This document shows positions 39,893 to 53,391 of a DNA stretch of 64,000 nt, piece by piece. A model generated the notes under the pieces. That model was not told the DNA's origin, searched no databases, and saw only the letters and a program-made list of their open reading frames with translations. Made by a program: the position numbers and the translations under genes. The stretch comes from Negaprion brevirostris. Its lineage: Eukaryota. The stretch's first letter is position 1. Every line of letters starts with the position of its first letter. The stretch covers positions 34,405,973 through 34,469,972 of the forward strand of contig JARDVH010000154.1 in the NCBI GenBank assembly GCA_030324005.1, in the 5' to 3' direction.

Positions 39893-40573
39893 AACATAAA
39901 TGAATGGGCTGGCATGGCCCAATCGGATTGTTCTATCTTACTCCTGTTACTAAATGGTGTCATAAATCTCCTGGATTTTTTTTTGTTAGTTTTATGGTGG
40001 GGTCTCCCATCTTTTCAGTTCAATGTCTTGAGCCTAAGAGCAGTTCATCTTTTGTGTCCAGCAATTCCCAACAAAATAGTACAGCAATAAAATACTTAAC
40101 AGTTGAAAAGCAATATTGAACCCCTGTTGACCATGTAAATTTAATGGAGCATTTATTGATTAGGGGCTTGTAGATGGAGGATTTATTTGATGTGGAAGAG
40201 AGAATCAAAGCATCCTCATTGTAATTATGGCATAAAAATATTTTCCAGAGAAAGGCCATTATCTCCAGACTTTTCACATATGAACAAAGTGAAATCCACA
40301 TTTTTTTTATGTCCAATGTTTCTATATACATCTTGCACAAATGGTTTCCTTCACTTGTGTAAAAATGAAGGAACTTTAACGCCCTTTGCCTCAATAAGAT
40401 CAAATGATTCCTTGTGGATTTCCTAGAAGTCAATATTCTAGAAACTAAGAAGAGTAACTGTAGCGTTTGCCAATTTGGTTGCACTTCTGAGGTAAAAGTT
40501 TCAATCTTTAGGTAGGTGAGAATGTCCCCACATATTTCCTTTCTATCCTATTTTTGAGGATGGAAATGTTTTT

Positions 40574-41005
40574 AAAGTTTATTTATTAGTGTCAAAAATA
40601 GACTTGCATTAACACTGCAATGAAGTTACTGTGAAAATCCCCTAGTTGCCACACTTTGGTGCCTGTTTGATTATGCTGAGGGGAGACTTTAGGATGGNNN
40701 NNNNNNNNNNNNNNNNNNNNNNNNNNNNNNNNNNNNNNNNNNNNNNNNNNNNNNNNNNNNNNNNNNNNNNNNNNNNNNNNNNNNNNNNNNNNNNNNNNNN
40801 NNNNNNNNNNNNNNNNNNNNNNNNNNNNNNNNNNNNNNNNNNNNNNNNNNNNNNNNNNNNNNNNNNNNNNNNNNNNNNNNNNNNNNNNNNNNNNNNNNNN
40901 NNNNGTAAATGTGTGGGATTATGGGGATAGGGTCTGTCTGGGATTGTAGTCGGTGCAGTCTCAATGGGCCGAATGGCCTCTTTTTTTACTGTAGGAATTC
41001 TATGA
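40574..41005. mobile_element. Alternative-tail SINE (-), N gap, HE1 tail (+)
   Basis: tttatttattagtgtc...ttaacactgcaatgaagttactgtgaaaatcccctag before the gap; HE1 3' end after it. Confidence 0.75.
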
Positions 41006-43441
41006 TTTCAATCATATAATCTGGTTAACATTGCCATTATGTTCACTTGCCATACAGTTTTAAACTGCTACTTTTGTTTAACTTGGTTCTTAAGATTCCA
41101 ACACTTCTTGATTATTTTACAAGATCAGTTTGAATCTGATGACATTGAGTTTTTAACGTTATTTTCACACCTGTGTTTTATATGTCATTTAATTTATATT
41201 TTCTATCTGGAATGAAATCTTTTTAATATAACCTGACTGTATTGTATCTTCATTTAGTATCCTCAACATAGTGTAGGAGCTTTAATGTCACTCCCTCAGT
41301 TTGGAACCAATGTAGTTTGTATAAAAGGAAATAGCGTCAGTGTGTTGCAGCTGGGAAAATGCTCCACAGGAGCCTTGCCCTTGGATCAATTCCTAATGTT
41401 GTTGGGTAGAAAAATAATTTTTATCATTGGCTTTTGTTGTGATGGGCACAGAATTGGGACATCATCTCCTTGATGTAGATAATTTTCAGAACTCCAGACC
41501 TCTCAGAAAGAAACATAAATCGCCTCAGCAGTTTTTCTTTGCTCATGGCTCAAAGAACCAAAGTAACTGGGTCACTAAGCAACAGTAACCAATGGATGGT
41601 TAAGTTCATCCAATGCTACTAAAGCCATTTTGCAGGAAGGAAGCTGAGGAACAGACTTGATGATTTTACTTGTTCCTGAGCATAACTAAATCATGTTCCC
41701 TTTTGATGATGTATAGGATACTTGTGAAGCAGCCCTTGCAATTCATGAAATATTACTGCAGAGATTTAAGTGATGCCTTTAGTAGATTGGCCTGTTATGC
41801 TTTCTCCACCTTCACTCCCATCCTCTGAAATTTGTGCCACTTATGTGCAGAGGGTGCAGTTCCAAACGAATGAATTACCTCCCTGTAAGGGTCATTTTAT
41901 AAATGTTACTCATCCTCCACCCAACTGCCGTTCACAAAAACCTTCCAGCAGTATAGTTTTTTTTTGTGGGAATGAGTAATGTTTAATTAGTTTCAGTTTA
42001 GCTTCAAGTCAAAATTTACCTGTTATGATTCTGCAAGATGGACAACAAATGCAGCAAGTGCAATATCATGGCATTTCATGTATGTGTTATAAATATGTGT
42101 AATCTATCAAACAGGGCTTTGTTCTATAGTGTATAGACAGGTTCTCTATTGTTTCAATTGTTCAGATCTCAGCCATGTTTGTGGCTCTGTTTCTGCAGAA
42201 GAATTGAAAGTGCATCTTAATGCTGGACTGGGCTGTAATTTATGACTGCCCAAGTTTGCATTGCCCAAATGGCACCCAGACAGAAGGCTCTTATTATTGC
42301 ACTTTGCTCTAACGTCAAATGCAAGCCATTGAGTTGGGAAGAGAATGCTTTCCTTTTAGCTGCCAGCTTTAGACGTCAGCTGCTACATCTATCTGTTATT
42401 CCTCTTCACTGCTAAGCTGTGGGCTGTTGGTAGAACTAGAATTCAGCCTTTTTTTTTTATCTGCCCGTTATGTTGTTAAAAGTCAGACTACATCAACCGA
42501 TACGACATGGGTGAAGTTCCTCTAATTATCTCCAGTTTTAATAGAATTCTATTTCCTGTAATTCACGTACTACAATTGTAATCTTGCCTGGTATTGCATT
42601 GTTTCGGCTTAGGTGAGAGGGGTCGAAGAAAGGGCTGAATGCTAACCTTGGATCAGGTGAGGCAAAAACTGGAAAACAAAGAAAAGAACCTGACGACCAA
42701 AAAAAAAACAATAAAAGAGAAGAGGATGGAAGAAGCAGTTTATTAATGTCCTTGATTAAAAAGGGAAAGGATTTCAGTTGGTGTCTCCTGCCTCCTTAAA
42801 TGTTCTCCCTGCTACATTTGTTTGTTGAAAAAAATGGACTGGGTTCTTACCCTTTGCAAGTGGCATTTCTAGCACAATGATACAAAGGTGCACGTGACTG
42901 GCTCAGGGTGATTGCCTGCTTTCCTTCCTTCCAATTTGGATGCATAAGCAAAAGGAAGAGCAGACGAGTGAAGGAGCAGAGAGACAGATAAGAAATTACC
43001 TGTTAAAAACCTGTTTAAATAAGTTTAAAGCACNNNNNNNNNNNNNNNNNNNNNNNNNNNNNNNNNNNNNNNNNNNNNNNNNNNNNTCTAGATTTTTTTT
43101 TTATAATAGTTAAGTTTAGAATTCTTGAGCACAATTTTCTTGCTTGAAGCAACTTGATGAGCTGTGTGTCTTTCAACCTGTGACCAGTCTTTCACTTTCT
43201 AATTTCTCAGGAATGAATAGAGACCATGTTTAATTATTCTGATTTAAATTCCCATTCTGTTGAGTGTCTTTAAAGGCAAAAACAAAATTCATGCTAAATC
43301 ATTAAAAAAAACCCAAGATATTCATATTTAAATAATAGTACTGTAAAGCACAAATATATGTAAAACATCTAAAAATAGTGCACAAGGCTTAATTCTCTCC
43401 TTTAGTTATTTACAGTTGAATACTACTTGCAGTAGTGGATG

Positions 43442-43782
43442 GGGAGGGAGGCAGTGGCTTAGTGGTATTATCATTTGACTATTGATCCAGAAACTCAGCT
43501 AATGTTCTGGGGACTTGAGTTCGAATCTTGCCATGGCCGATGATGGAATTTGACTCCTGAAATTAAGAACCTACCATGAAACCATTGTTCGTTGTCGGAA
43601 AATCATCTGGTTCACTAATGTTCTTTAGAGAAGGAAATCTGTCGTCCTTACCTGGTCTGACTGACGTATGACTGTGGAGCCACAGCAATGTCATTGACTA
43701 TCAACTGCTCTCCAAGGGCAACTAGGGATGGGCGGTAAGTACCAGTTAACAATGCACATGTCCCACTAATGAATTAAAAAAA
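43442..43782 (+). mobile_element. Second-family tRNA SINE
   Basis: ggggaggcagtggcttagtgg head; catctggttcactaatg core; A-rich end. Confidence 0.8.
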
Positions 43783-45200
43783 ATACTTGGGCTTTCCTTT
43801 TGAATCAGCCTTATGAGTTGTGAGTCTTTAACAGGCAAAATACAGTCAGATGCATCAAGGATTTCTTCAAGGTGAACACCAGGCACCCCAAACCTGGTTT
43901 TATCCCCAGTTCTTTTGAAGATGTGGTTAAATGTGGAAGATGTTGGGATCAAAGCAACAAAGACCGTTTCAACAGATTACATTGTCTTGTACTCTTAATG
44001 CCTTACATTCTTCAACTTTTTTTTTCTAATCTGNNNNNNNNNNNGATCCCACGGAATGCAAATGAGAAGGAAAATGCACACTTTGGAACCATATTAATGC
44101 AATTTTAAACAAATGACCTAATTCACTCAGCATTCTGGAAACTGGATAAATGAGTCTTGAGCAGTCATTTTAAGTTTAAACAACGTGAGTGGAATTCACC
44201 TTCGATCTAAGATGCCACAGGCTAGAAATCTAATGGTGAATAGTTTAAAGCACATTGATACAATGAACTCTTTATGTATGATAATAATATAACGCCTTAA
44301 TCTCATCACCACACTGGGAAGATTCGGAAAGCTGGCTTCTGCTAGGTTTTGTTTATCGTAAATCAGCAAAGATTGTACAGTTTGAGAGCACGTTTTATTG
44401 AAATTTAGATCAATGTGAAAACGTCAGTTCCTTATACTCAGTGTTCATTACGTGAGAGTATAGTTTTTCAACAATTATCTGACACCTTAATTATTTCTCC
44501 ACATATGTGATATGATCCCGGACTATAGTTAAAATGGAATAAGCCACAGCTTTCCATTGTGAATCTTCTATTAAGTGAAGCCCATGGATAAATGCACAAC
44601 TTGTTCAACCTCTGAAGCAGTATAACTTTCTGTTTCACATAGACCTCTTTGTAATGTGGATTACTTCACTGTCCTCTGGTGACTGTCTCATGGTTGTACG
44701 GTTCCACGGTTCCATTGTTGCCCATTGTTACAAAGACAACTATTCAAGCAGAGGCCAAAGCACTTGGTGCCAGCCCCCTCCAGATACCCTCACACTTGAA
44801 TACTTTCTAGTAGGGTCACTGAACAGGGATCAAAATCTAGAACTATCTCACCCTAAATCCAATTGCTGTAGTTTTCTTTTAGGAACCCTTTTAGTTTAGA
44901 GTAGAATTTCTGGGATCTAATACAAATAACTACTGCTTTTGGTGCAACAACTTGACTTGGAGGAAAAAAAACCTCTTGTTTACAACTAAGACATGACTAT
45001 ATTTTGGGAAACTAAACTGCTAGACTCCACTTTGCTTAACAGGGTTTCACCCTGCTACTAGTTTTAATCTGCATCTCACAAGCCCTCAGAGAAGCTAGTT
45101 GCCTAACAGTTTCCTCTTTATCTAGTTCTTTACTTTTCATTTCACTCCAACTTCCTAGCATAACCCTTTTGAGTGAAGTAATTTTTCGTCCTCGTCCTTC

Positions 45201-45253
45201 TTCTCCTTCTCCTTCTCCTTCTCCTTCTCCTTCTCCTTCTCCTTCTCCTTCTC
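45201..45253 (+). repeat. (TTCTCC)n microsatellite
   Basis: About 9 tandem hexamers. Confidence 0.95.
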
Positions 45254-45261
45254 AATAATCA

Positions 45262-45802
45262 GCCCCTTATCCTGAGACTTTCAGATTTCCTGANNNNNNN
45301 NNNNNNNNNNNNNNNNNNNNNNNNNNNNNNNNNNNNNNNNNNNNNNNNNNNNNNNNNNNNNNNNNNNNNNNNNNNNNNNNNNNNNNNNNNNNNNNNNNNN
45401 NNNNNNNNNNNNNNNNNNNNNNNNNNNNNNNNNNNNNNNNNNNNNNNNNNNNNNNNNNNNNNNNNNNNNNNNNNNNNNNNNNNNNNNNNNNNNNNNNNNN
45501 NNNNNNNNNNNNAACAAACCCCTTCAGAATTTTGTAGGTTCCAGTGAGATCCCCTGTCATTCTTCTAAACACCAGAGAATGTAGTCCCAATTTACTTAAC
45601 TTATAGTCATAGGACAACCCCCCTCATCCCAAGGACCATTTTAGTGGACCTTTGCTGTACGGTCTCCAATGCAGGTACATCCTTCTCAAATGTGAAGATC
45701 AAAACTGCGCTCCAGATGCAGCCTCAACAAAACCCTCTGTAATTGTAGCTAGACTTTTTTTTTCCTGTCCTCCGGTCCCTTTGCAATAAAAGCCAACATA
45801 CC
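45262..45802 (-). mobile_element. CR1 LINE ORF2 3' fragment
   Basis: SYDYKLSKLGLHSLVFRRMTGDLTGTYKILKG. Confidence 0.85.
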
Positions 45803-45804
45803 TG

Positions 45805-46560
45805 CATCCTGACGGTTTGTGGGCAAGGCCCTCAATTGAGTTTGTTTTAATTTCCCACACTACTTCCCCTGTCTTCCAGAACCACGATGGGTTCCGCATG
45901 TGCTCTCCTTCCATCCCATCACATTCAACAGATCATCCTCCCAACCTGATGCTTCTACTAAATTTCCCAATTCTGCCGCTCCCTTTTCAGCATTCTGAAA
46001 GTCCTGCTTCCTTTGCAGTGTCTTGGTCCATACTTCAGTCGTTCCTTTCCTATTGCAGCTTTCCATGCAAGTGCAGGGGACGCAACCCCTGCCCTCTGAG
46101 TTCCTCGCTTCCTGCCATCCAGGCCTTCAAAGGCTCCTTCCAAGCTAAAGAGCATTTAAATCATTTTACTTCCAATTTTATTCCATGCTCACAATGCTGT
46201 TTTTTTTATATTGGGGAGACCAAATGCCGTTTGATCAGTTTTGCTCAAGTTAGATTGGAAGCATGACATTGAGCTTCAGATCGCTTGCTGTTGTAATACT
46301 CTGTCTCGCTGTGTCCTCTGCCTTGCATGCTGTTTTGGTGAAGCTTGACAGAAGTTAAAGTAACAGCACCTGATTGTTCAAGTAAGCACTTAAAATCTTC
46401 TGGCCTCAACATTATGATCAACAATTTCAGATTATAATCACGTCTCTCTTATAACGGCAGGTGTTGGTAATGGTTCTCTCTTGCCATTTAAAGCGTCTTT
46501 AGACTCCTTTTTTACTTCACCATCCATATTTTGGTCCTTTTAGTGCCTTGCCTTGTTTAA
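45805..46560 (+). mobile_element. Penelope-like element with a GIY-YIG endonuclease remnant
   Basis: ORF 45817-46266 ends ...KGSFQAKEHLNHFTSNFIPCSQCCFFYIGETKCRL. Confidence 0.75.
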
Positions 46561-47671
46561 AACCTACGTCCAATGTTTTCCAGTTTTGCCAGAATCCCGG
46601 GGGAAGACCCAAATTTACTAAAGAGCCTCTCACGATGAAGAAAATGCTAACATTGGTTTCACTTTTTGTGATAGTCACATTAACACAAATCAGAATCACT
46701 GCAAATTAAATGTGAATTAATAGGAAAAAAGCTATAAATTACACATGGGATAGCAGATACAGCAGGGACTATCTTATTGAGTTTATTAAGCAGACTGCTC
46801 TGCCTCTAGCCTCAGTTTCAGTCTCTCAGCTTATCCAAACAGTATTCCAGCCTGTTTTTCCTTGCTCAAACATTGTTTCACCAGTACTTCTGGAATTCAG
46901 CAGTTCGAAGGGCTAGATGGCCAACTCCTGCTCCTATTTCTTATGTTCTTATGTTCCTCTTTCAGTTTTTCTCTGCTTTTTGCTTGTGTCTGCATCTGAG
47001 TGCTGATCACCTTCTGCCCACAGCTTTCCTGTGTTCTTTACAGCAGTAGCTTTCTTGTCTTCGGTCTGCCTTGCCACCTGGCTTTCATATCTTAGTTTCC
47101 TTCTCTTTGGTGATGCTTCCAGGTCAAGTGTCAGCAACATAGATCATATTTTTTGTCTTAAGAAAATTTACAATTATTCTCTTACACAAACTCTTAATTA
47201 ACTTTTTTTCCATGTTAGGTTATACATCTGTAGATAGGTAGTATCTAGTAGATTGTTCAATTGGGTGTTTTTACATTTGATCTGAACTGAATGCCAAATC
47301 ACTAACGAGCAGTGAGGTAATTTGTGACCATGGATGGTTTTGTTCTTCATCTGTTGTTGTTCCTCATTGCGCGCACACGCACGCACGCACACACACTTTC
47401 CAAATTGGTCATTAGGTAGTGCTCGGGGCTATTATGCTCCTAGTGTTGCTTTGGTTGAGATTGATTCAATGGCACAGGGCAGCATTTGAACCCAAGATCT
47501 ATTAATCCAGAAGACCAGGCAAAAAAAGGACCTGGAGGCAGTAACCAACACCTAGAAAAAAGAGGCAGCAACTACCACCTGAAAGAGTAGGGTCAAAAGG
47601 ATCCAGAGACAGTAGCCACCACCCAGCCGTGCAGCCCAGTATGTGGCCCCACAGTGGAGGGGCTGCATTCA

Positions 47672-47875
47672 TCTCGGCCTTTTGGCTAAGATGCAGATGA
47701 GGTCAAGCCTGGGAGGGGGAGCTATGCCTANNNNNNNNNNNNNNNNNNNNNNNNNNNNNNNNNNNNNNGAAGTGAGAGCCCTGTCTTGTCAGCTTGGATC
47801 GGGAATGTCTCAACTTGTTGAGACTGAATTGGTCTTGATTGGATTGAATTGGAATAAAAACAAAAAAAAGAAAAA
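47672..47875 (+). mobile_element. Poly(A)-tailed element with a U2 snRNA stem-loop I head (SINEU-like candidate)
   Basis: 47672-47692 is identical to recalled U2 nt 7-27, followed by a non-U2 body (interrupted by an N gap), hairpin gtctcaacttgttgagac, 10-mer repeats, AATAAA and an A-rich tail. Confidence 0.55.
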
Positions 47876-48109
47876 TTAATGTGTAACATCAGAGGAAACC
47901 AGATAAGTGATTGGATTGTGGCTATTTTGTTTGTTTATATTCAAAACCTGTACAACTTTATTAGTTAATTGTAAGCTTTTAGTAGCTGTAATAAGCTGCA
48001 GCAAAATGATTGTGAAGCTCTCCGGTTGAGGAAGTAATAGTAATGTTGCATATTTGGGGACAGAGTACATATTTAATGGGATAGACACTGTTCTCTGCAG
48101 TAAGAGTGG

Positions 48110-49150
48110 GAGCCCATGTGGCTGTGTTGCCTGTCCGATGCCAGTGTTTGGGACATCTGCTCAGGGTCAGAGAGAAGTTGCTTTGGAGAGGAGGTTAGGA
48201 TTCGATGGTTATGGTTGGATTCAATGGTGAGTGACTTCACCTGATGAAGGAGCATCGTTTTGAGAACTTGTGACAAACCTGTTGGACTTTATCCTGGTGT
48301 TGTGAGACTTCTTACTGTTCTCAATGCTGGCATCTCCACATCATGTAGGTACCAGTGACATAGGTAGGACTAGGAAAGAGGCTGTGGTGAGGGAAAATGA
48401 GTAGCTCAGGGCTATATTAAAAAGCAAAAGCTCAAAGATAATAAATGTCTACCTGATCCATGCACAAATTAGCATAGTGAATCAGATTAGAGAATTATAT
48501 GTATGGCTTCAAAAATGGTGTGGGAGAAATGGGTTTCGATACATAAGAACATAAGAAATAGGAGCAGGAGTAGGCCATCTAGCCCTTCGAGCCTGCCCCG
48601 CCATTCAATAAGATNNNNNNNNNNNNNNNNNNNNNNNNNNNNNNNNNNNNNNNNNNNNNNNNNNNNNNNNNNNNNNNNNNNNNNNNNNNNNNNNNNNNNN
48701 NNNNNNNNNNNNNNGGGGAAAGTGGGAGCTGGACTGTTGGGACGGTCTTCACTTGAATGGTGCTGGGAGGAATGTTCTGTCGAGCCATATAGCTAGAGTG
48801 GTAGAGAGAGAGGACTTTAAGCAAAATAGTGGGAGCAAGTTTAGGAAGATGTGATAAATGAAATGGAGAAAGATGAGACAACGGAGCGAGGAAGCTATAA
48901 GGAAATTGATGATGAGTGTGGCAGGAAGGGACAGTGTGTTCCAAGACAAACCCAAGAATGCCCCAGCAGATAAAACCTAGAGTTTACAAAAATAGTGAAA
49001 AGACAGAATTAAAGAAGGCTTTGTATCTGAATGAATGTCTTATTCATAACAAAGTAGATGAACTGACAATACAAATAGAAATAAATATGTATGACCTGAT
49101 CACCATTACAGAGACATAGCCGTGAATGACTGAGACCTGAATGTTCAAGG
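48110..49150 (+). mobile_element. Fragmented CR1: ORF1 esterase and ORF2 endonuclease N-terminus, with nested Penelope repeat (48236-48345) and CR1 tail (48541-48614, -)
   Basis: gtgttgcctgtccgatgccag (CLPGA-like); LKKALYLNECLIHNKVDELTIQIEINMYDLITITET (APE N-terminal motif). Confidence 0.7.
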
Positions 49151-49261
49151 ACAGGAAATCTAAGAAATAATTGTGAATTAGGAGGTGAAAAGAAGGAACT
49201 TAAAACCAATACAATCACCAGGGGAAAATGATTAGAACTAAAAGCTAACAAGTCTACCATC

Positions 49262-49447
49262 AGCGGCACAGTGGTAGCATTGCTGTCTCACAGTGCCAGG
49301 AACCCGGGTTTGATTCACGGTATTGGTCACTGTCTGTGCAGAGTCTGCATGTTCTCCCCATGTCTGTGTGGGTTTCCTCTCTGTGCTCTGGTTTCCTCCC
49401 ACAGTCCGAAAGCTGTGCTGGTTAGGTGCATTGACCGTGCGGAGTTC
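49262..49447 (+). mobile_element. HE1-headed SINE (probably alternative-tail type) running into an N gap
   Basis: gcggcacagtggtagcattgctgtctcacag...ggtttcctcccacagtccgaaag. Confidence 0.8.
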
Positions 49448-50872
49448 NNNNNNNNNNNNNNNNNNNNNNNNNNNNNNNNNNNNNNNNNNNNNNNNNNNNN
49501 NNNNNNNNNNNNNNNNNNNNNNNNNNNNNNNNCCTAAATCATGGGCTGCACATCTGTTTAAGCTTAATTGTTTAATTTTTCAATTTCCTCCCTGCAATTC
49601 TCCCCCCTCAATTATAACGGTGCCACAATTCAGCCTGTCGATATCTTCCTGAATGTGGGTGAGATGGAATAAATCCTTCCCGCCTACTTGCTTTGGACAG
49701 ACTTACAAAACTTCCTGCTATGCATCTGCTTACAATCCATGCAAAAACGTAACAAAGAATTATGGAAGCTGAATAATATTGGCTTATTGACTGTGCTCCT
49801 CTGAAAATATTTTGTTTGTTTTGGAGTCTTTTCAGGAATTGACAGAACGATTATTTTAAAGCAGTCACCTATCTCAGGTGATTGAAAAATGGTGTTGGTA
49901 AATAATATAACAGAATATGTGTTATTTGGGATAAAGGGGTGATGGACCTATGGCATAGTCCATATTCTTTTATTACTGTCAATCTTACCTCTTAATAGAT
50001 CTATCTGGTCTTTACTATTCTACTTATTTCATGCACAATTGAATACTTTCCTTGAATTCCTTTTCCTTTGTATAACCTGTTTTCACTGTTCTGATGGCCC
50101 TATAAACATTATTTCATAGATATCGACTGATAGCTTGAAGAATCTCAGATTGCATTATATTTTTGCTCCATGTAGTCTAAATGAGTTACTCACCAACACT
50201 GAGTCTGCAACTTTCTGCTGCTCTATTTTGCATGGGAACATTGTCCCTGCACATTTCACATTTTGAAATGCCTGCTTATTATGGACAGGGTGCTGTCGTT
50301 CAAATAAATAGTAGCTGGATTTCACTGGCATTTTCTCCCATCCAATCAGTGATTTTAAATGGCAGGACACCCATTTTTTTCCCCCTATTTTGGTTGAAAT
50401 GACATTAACTTGCTGAAGACGTGGAAAGTGCAGGGAATAATTTTCTGTATAATACAGAAATCCACATTGAGACGGAGTATTAAAGTGTTAAAAATGCAAA
50501 AATTGAAAGCCAAAACCAAGGTTTTATAAACTGAAGCAGCAGCAGCTGGGAATGTGTCATGTAGGTATTTAAAAGTAGTGGTCATGCTGCTCTCTATCTC
50601 TGATCTTTGCTTGCCTCCGATTCAGGTCTCCTGCAGCATCCTGAATTTCTTTGCTCTGCCATTGATAGTTGGATGTTCTGTTACCTAGACTCTAGAACTT
50701 GCTCCCTACACCTATCTGCATCTCCACCTAACATCTCGTCTTTTAAGACATTACTTAAAACCTATCTCTTTGATCAAGCATTTGGCTGCCTGTCTTAATA
50801 TCTCCTCTCGTAGCTGGATGATAATCATTTCTGTCGAGTGCTTTGTGAAGTGTTTTACTGCATTTTAAAAAA

Positions 50873-51150
50873 AAAGTTAATCTATTTTCACAAGTAGGCT
50901 TACATTAACATGACAATGAAGTTACTGTGAAAGTCCTCTACTGGCCACACTCTGGCACCTGTTTGGGTACACAGACAGAATTTACCATGGCCAATGCAGC
51001 TAACCTAATGCACCTTTCAAACTGCAAGAGGAAACTGGAACACCAGGAGAAACCCACACATACACGGGGAGAACAGACAGTCACCCAAACTGGGAATCGA
51101 ACCCAGGCCCCTGGTGCTCTGGGGCAGCAGTGTTAACCACTGTGCCACCC
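50873..51150 (-). mobile_element. Alternative-tail HE1-headed SINE
   Basis: cacaagtaggcttacattaac tail with HE1 core and head. Confidence 0.8.
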
Positions 51151-51636
51151 AAGGCACTATATAAGAACAGACTGTTATTAATGTCATATTGTATGGTCAG
51201 CATTTGTTGCTGTTATTATGAAGAGTATTAAGAGCAACATTTAGAGCACTGCTCTGTCATATACTTGGGCTACATACAAACAAACAGGATCTTTAGACTA
51301 GCAGTTGCCATCAATTCATGTGATCTCTTGGGGAAAGTGGTATTTTAGCAAAGAACGGATTTTCTATTTTTAGATTTTAGAAAATTCCCATCTCTGAATA
51401 ATCACTGAAGGAGAGAGGCCAGGTTTATAAAATTAAAGAAAATGTAAACAGCAAACACTATACTTGTATGACAGATTCTTTTCAGATTATTTTGCCAGCA
51501 AGGAGTTGGTGTAGGATTGAGGAAATTTAGTAAAGAAAAAAGCTTGCGGATTGAATTTGAAGGAAATAATGGGAATTGATTAAGATGCAAAGGTCAACTG
51601 ACTACAGAGAGGGATGCAACGGGCAGGATTTTATGT

Positions 51637-51776
51637 TCATAGAATCCCTTCAGTTCAGAAAAAGGCCCTTCAGCCCATCAAGTCCATACAACCACAATCC
51701 CACCCATTTATCCTGCTAATCCCCCTGACACTAGGGTCAATTTAGCATAGCCAAACCACCTAACCCGCACATCTTT
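51637..51776 (-). mobile_element. HE1 3' fragment inside a MITE-like element
   Basis: HE1 tail directly after gggcaggattttatg. Confidence 0.7.
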
Positions 51777-53391
51777 GTGTGTGCACAGTGGTTTCTGCAC
51801 CCACTCCCAGCAAAAACGTCAGTGGCCAACCTACCTATCTGTACTCCTGGTTGCCCTGCAGTAATTTAATACCTGGTGGAATGTTAATTGTCTGTCCTGC
51901 TCCATCCCCAGCTACTGATCATCTNNNNNNNNNNTTCTACATATTCTGCAGCATGTTCAATTTACAATCCTTTCCTTTGTCTATAAATCCCTCCATAACC
52001 TTGCTCTGTTCTACTGATGTAAACTTGTCCACTCTGTGATCTGTGCTGATTGTTCATTTTCTTGGATTCCAGACCCTGGTGCAATCCCTCCTTCCTTGTT
52101 TTTTTTTTCTCTCTCTCTCTCTCTCTCTCTCTTCACTCTCTTCCATCCCCACTTTTGGTGGCAGAGCCTTTTAACCTGGATATTGATTGGACAAATCAAA
52201 CTGGCAAGAGTAGCGTAGAAGAAGGATTTGTGGAGTGCATTAGGGACTTTTTTTAGAGCAGTATGTTGCGGAACCTATCCGGGAAGGCGCTATTTTAGAT
52301 TTGATTTTGTGTAATGAAGAAGGATCCCCTAGGGGGTAGTAACCACAATGTGATGGAACTCCAGATACAGTTTGAGGGTGGTGAATACCATCAGATCCAA
52401 AACCAGTGTCTTTATGCTAAATAAGGGCAATTATATGGGTATGAAGGGGGAGTTGTTTAAGGTGAACTGGATAAACAGGCTAAGACGAGGAGTAGCAGAT
52501 ATTCAAACAACTCAGCAGGAGTTTATCCCAATCAAAAAGAAGGGCTACCTGAGAAAGAGGTAAAATCCATGGTTAACGCAGGAGATCAAGGATGATGATA
52601 AATTGTAAAGCAGGATATCAAAGTGCCAAGGGATGGTGGTAGACCAGAGAACTGGGAAATTCTTAGGATCCAGCAGCAAAAGACTAAAAAGCTCATAAGC
52701 AGGGAGTAAATGAATTTCGAGAGAGAACTTTTATGCAGCATAGAAACAAACAGCAAGAGTTTCTATGGATATGTAAATAGGAAGCAGTGGCTAAGGTAAA
52801 TATGGGACCTCTTCTGGATGAGGCGAGTGAATTACTAACAGCAAACAAAGAAATGGTGGATATGCTAAATAAATTTTTTTGCATCAGTTTTCACCATGGA
52901 AGACATTACAAATATCCTTAAGATATCAGATGGGCTGATTTTCAGATAACACGGTAGAACTTACAAAAATCCCAATCACAAGGGAAAGAGTATTAAAGTA
53001 ACTCGGGGGACTAAAGGCAGACACGTTGCCTGGACCCAATGAACTGCATGCTAGAGTTTTAATGGAAGTGGTTGCAGACATGGTGAATCCATTGGTTGAG
53101 TTTTTTCATTACACACTAAATTCTGGGAGGGCACTAGAAGATTGGAAAACAGCCAATTTGACTCCCTTGTTCAAAAATGTAGACAGACAGGAAAATATGG
53201 GCCAATTAATTTAACATCTATTATTGGCAAAATGCTCGAATCAATAATCAAAGAGGAAATAGTCAATTGCTTAGGAAATCTGAATATAATCAAACCTCGT
53301 CAACATGGTTTATGAAAAGTAAATCATGTTTGACTAATGTGCCTAAATTCTTTGAGGATGTAATAGGCAAGGTAGAAAGAGGGGAACTTAT

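Noticed and set aside
47672-47692. Functional U2 snRNA gene
   Set aside because: Only stem-loop I matches; no branch-point-pairing sequence or Sm site is visible
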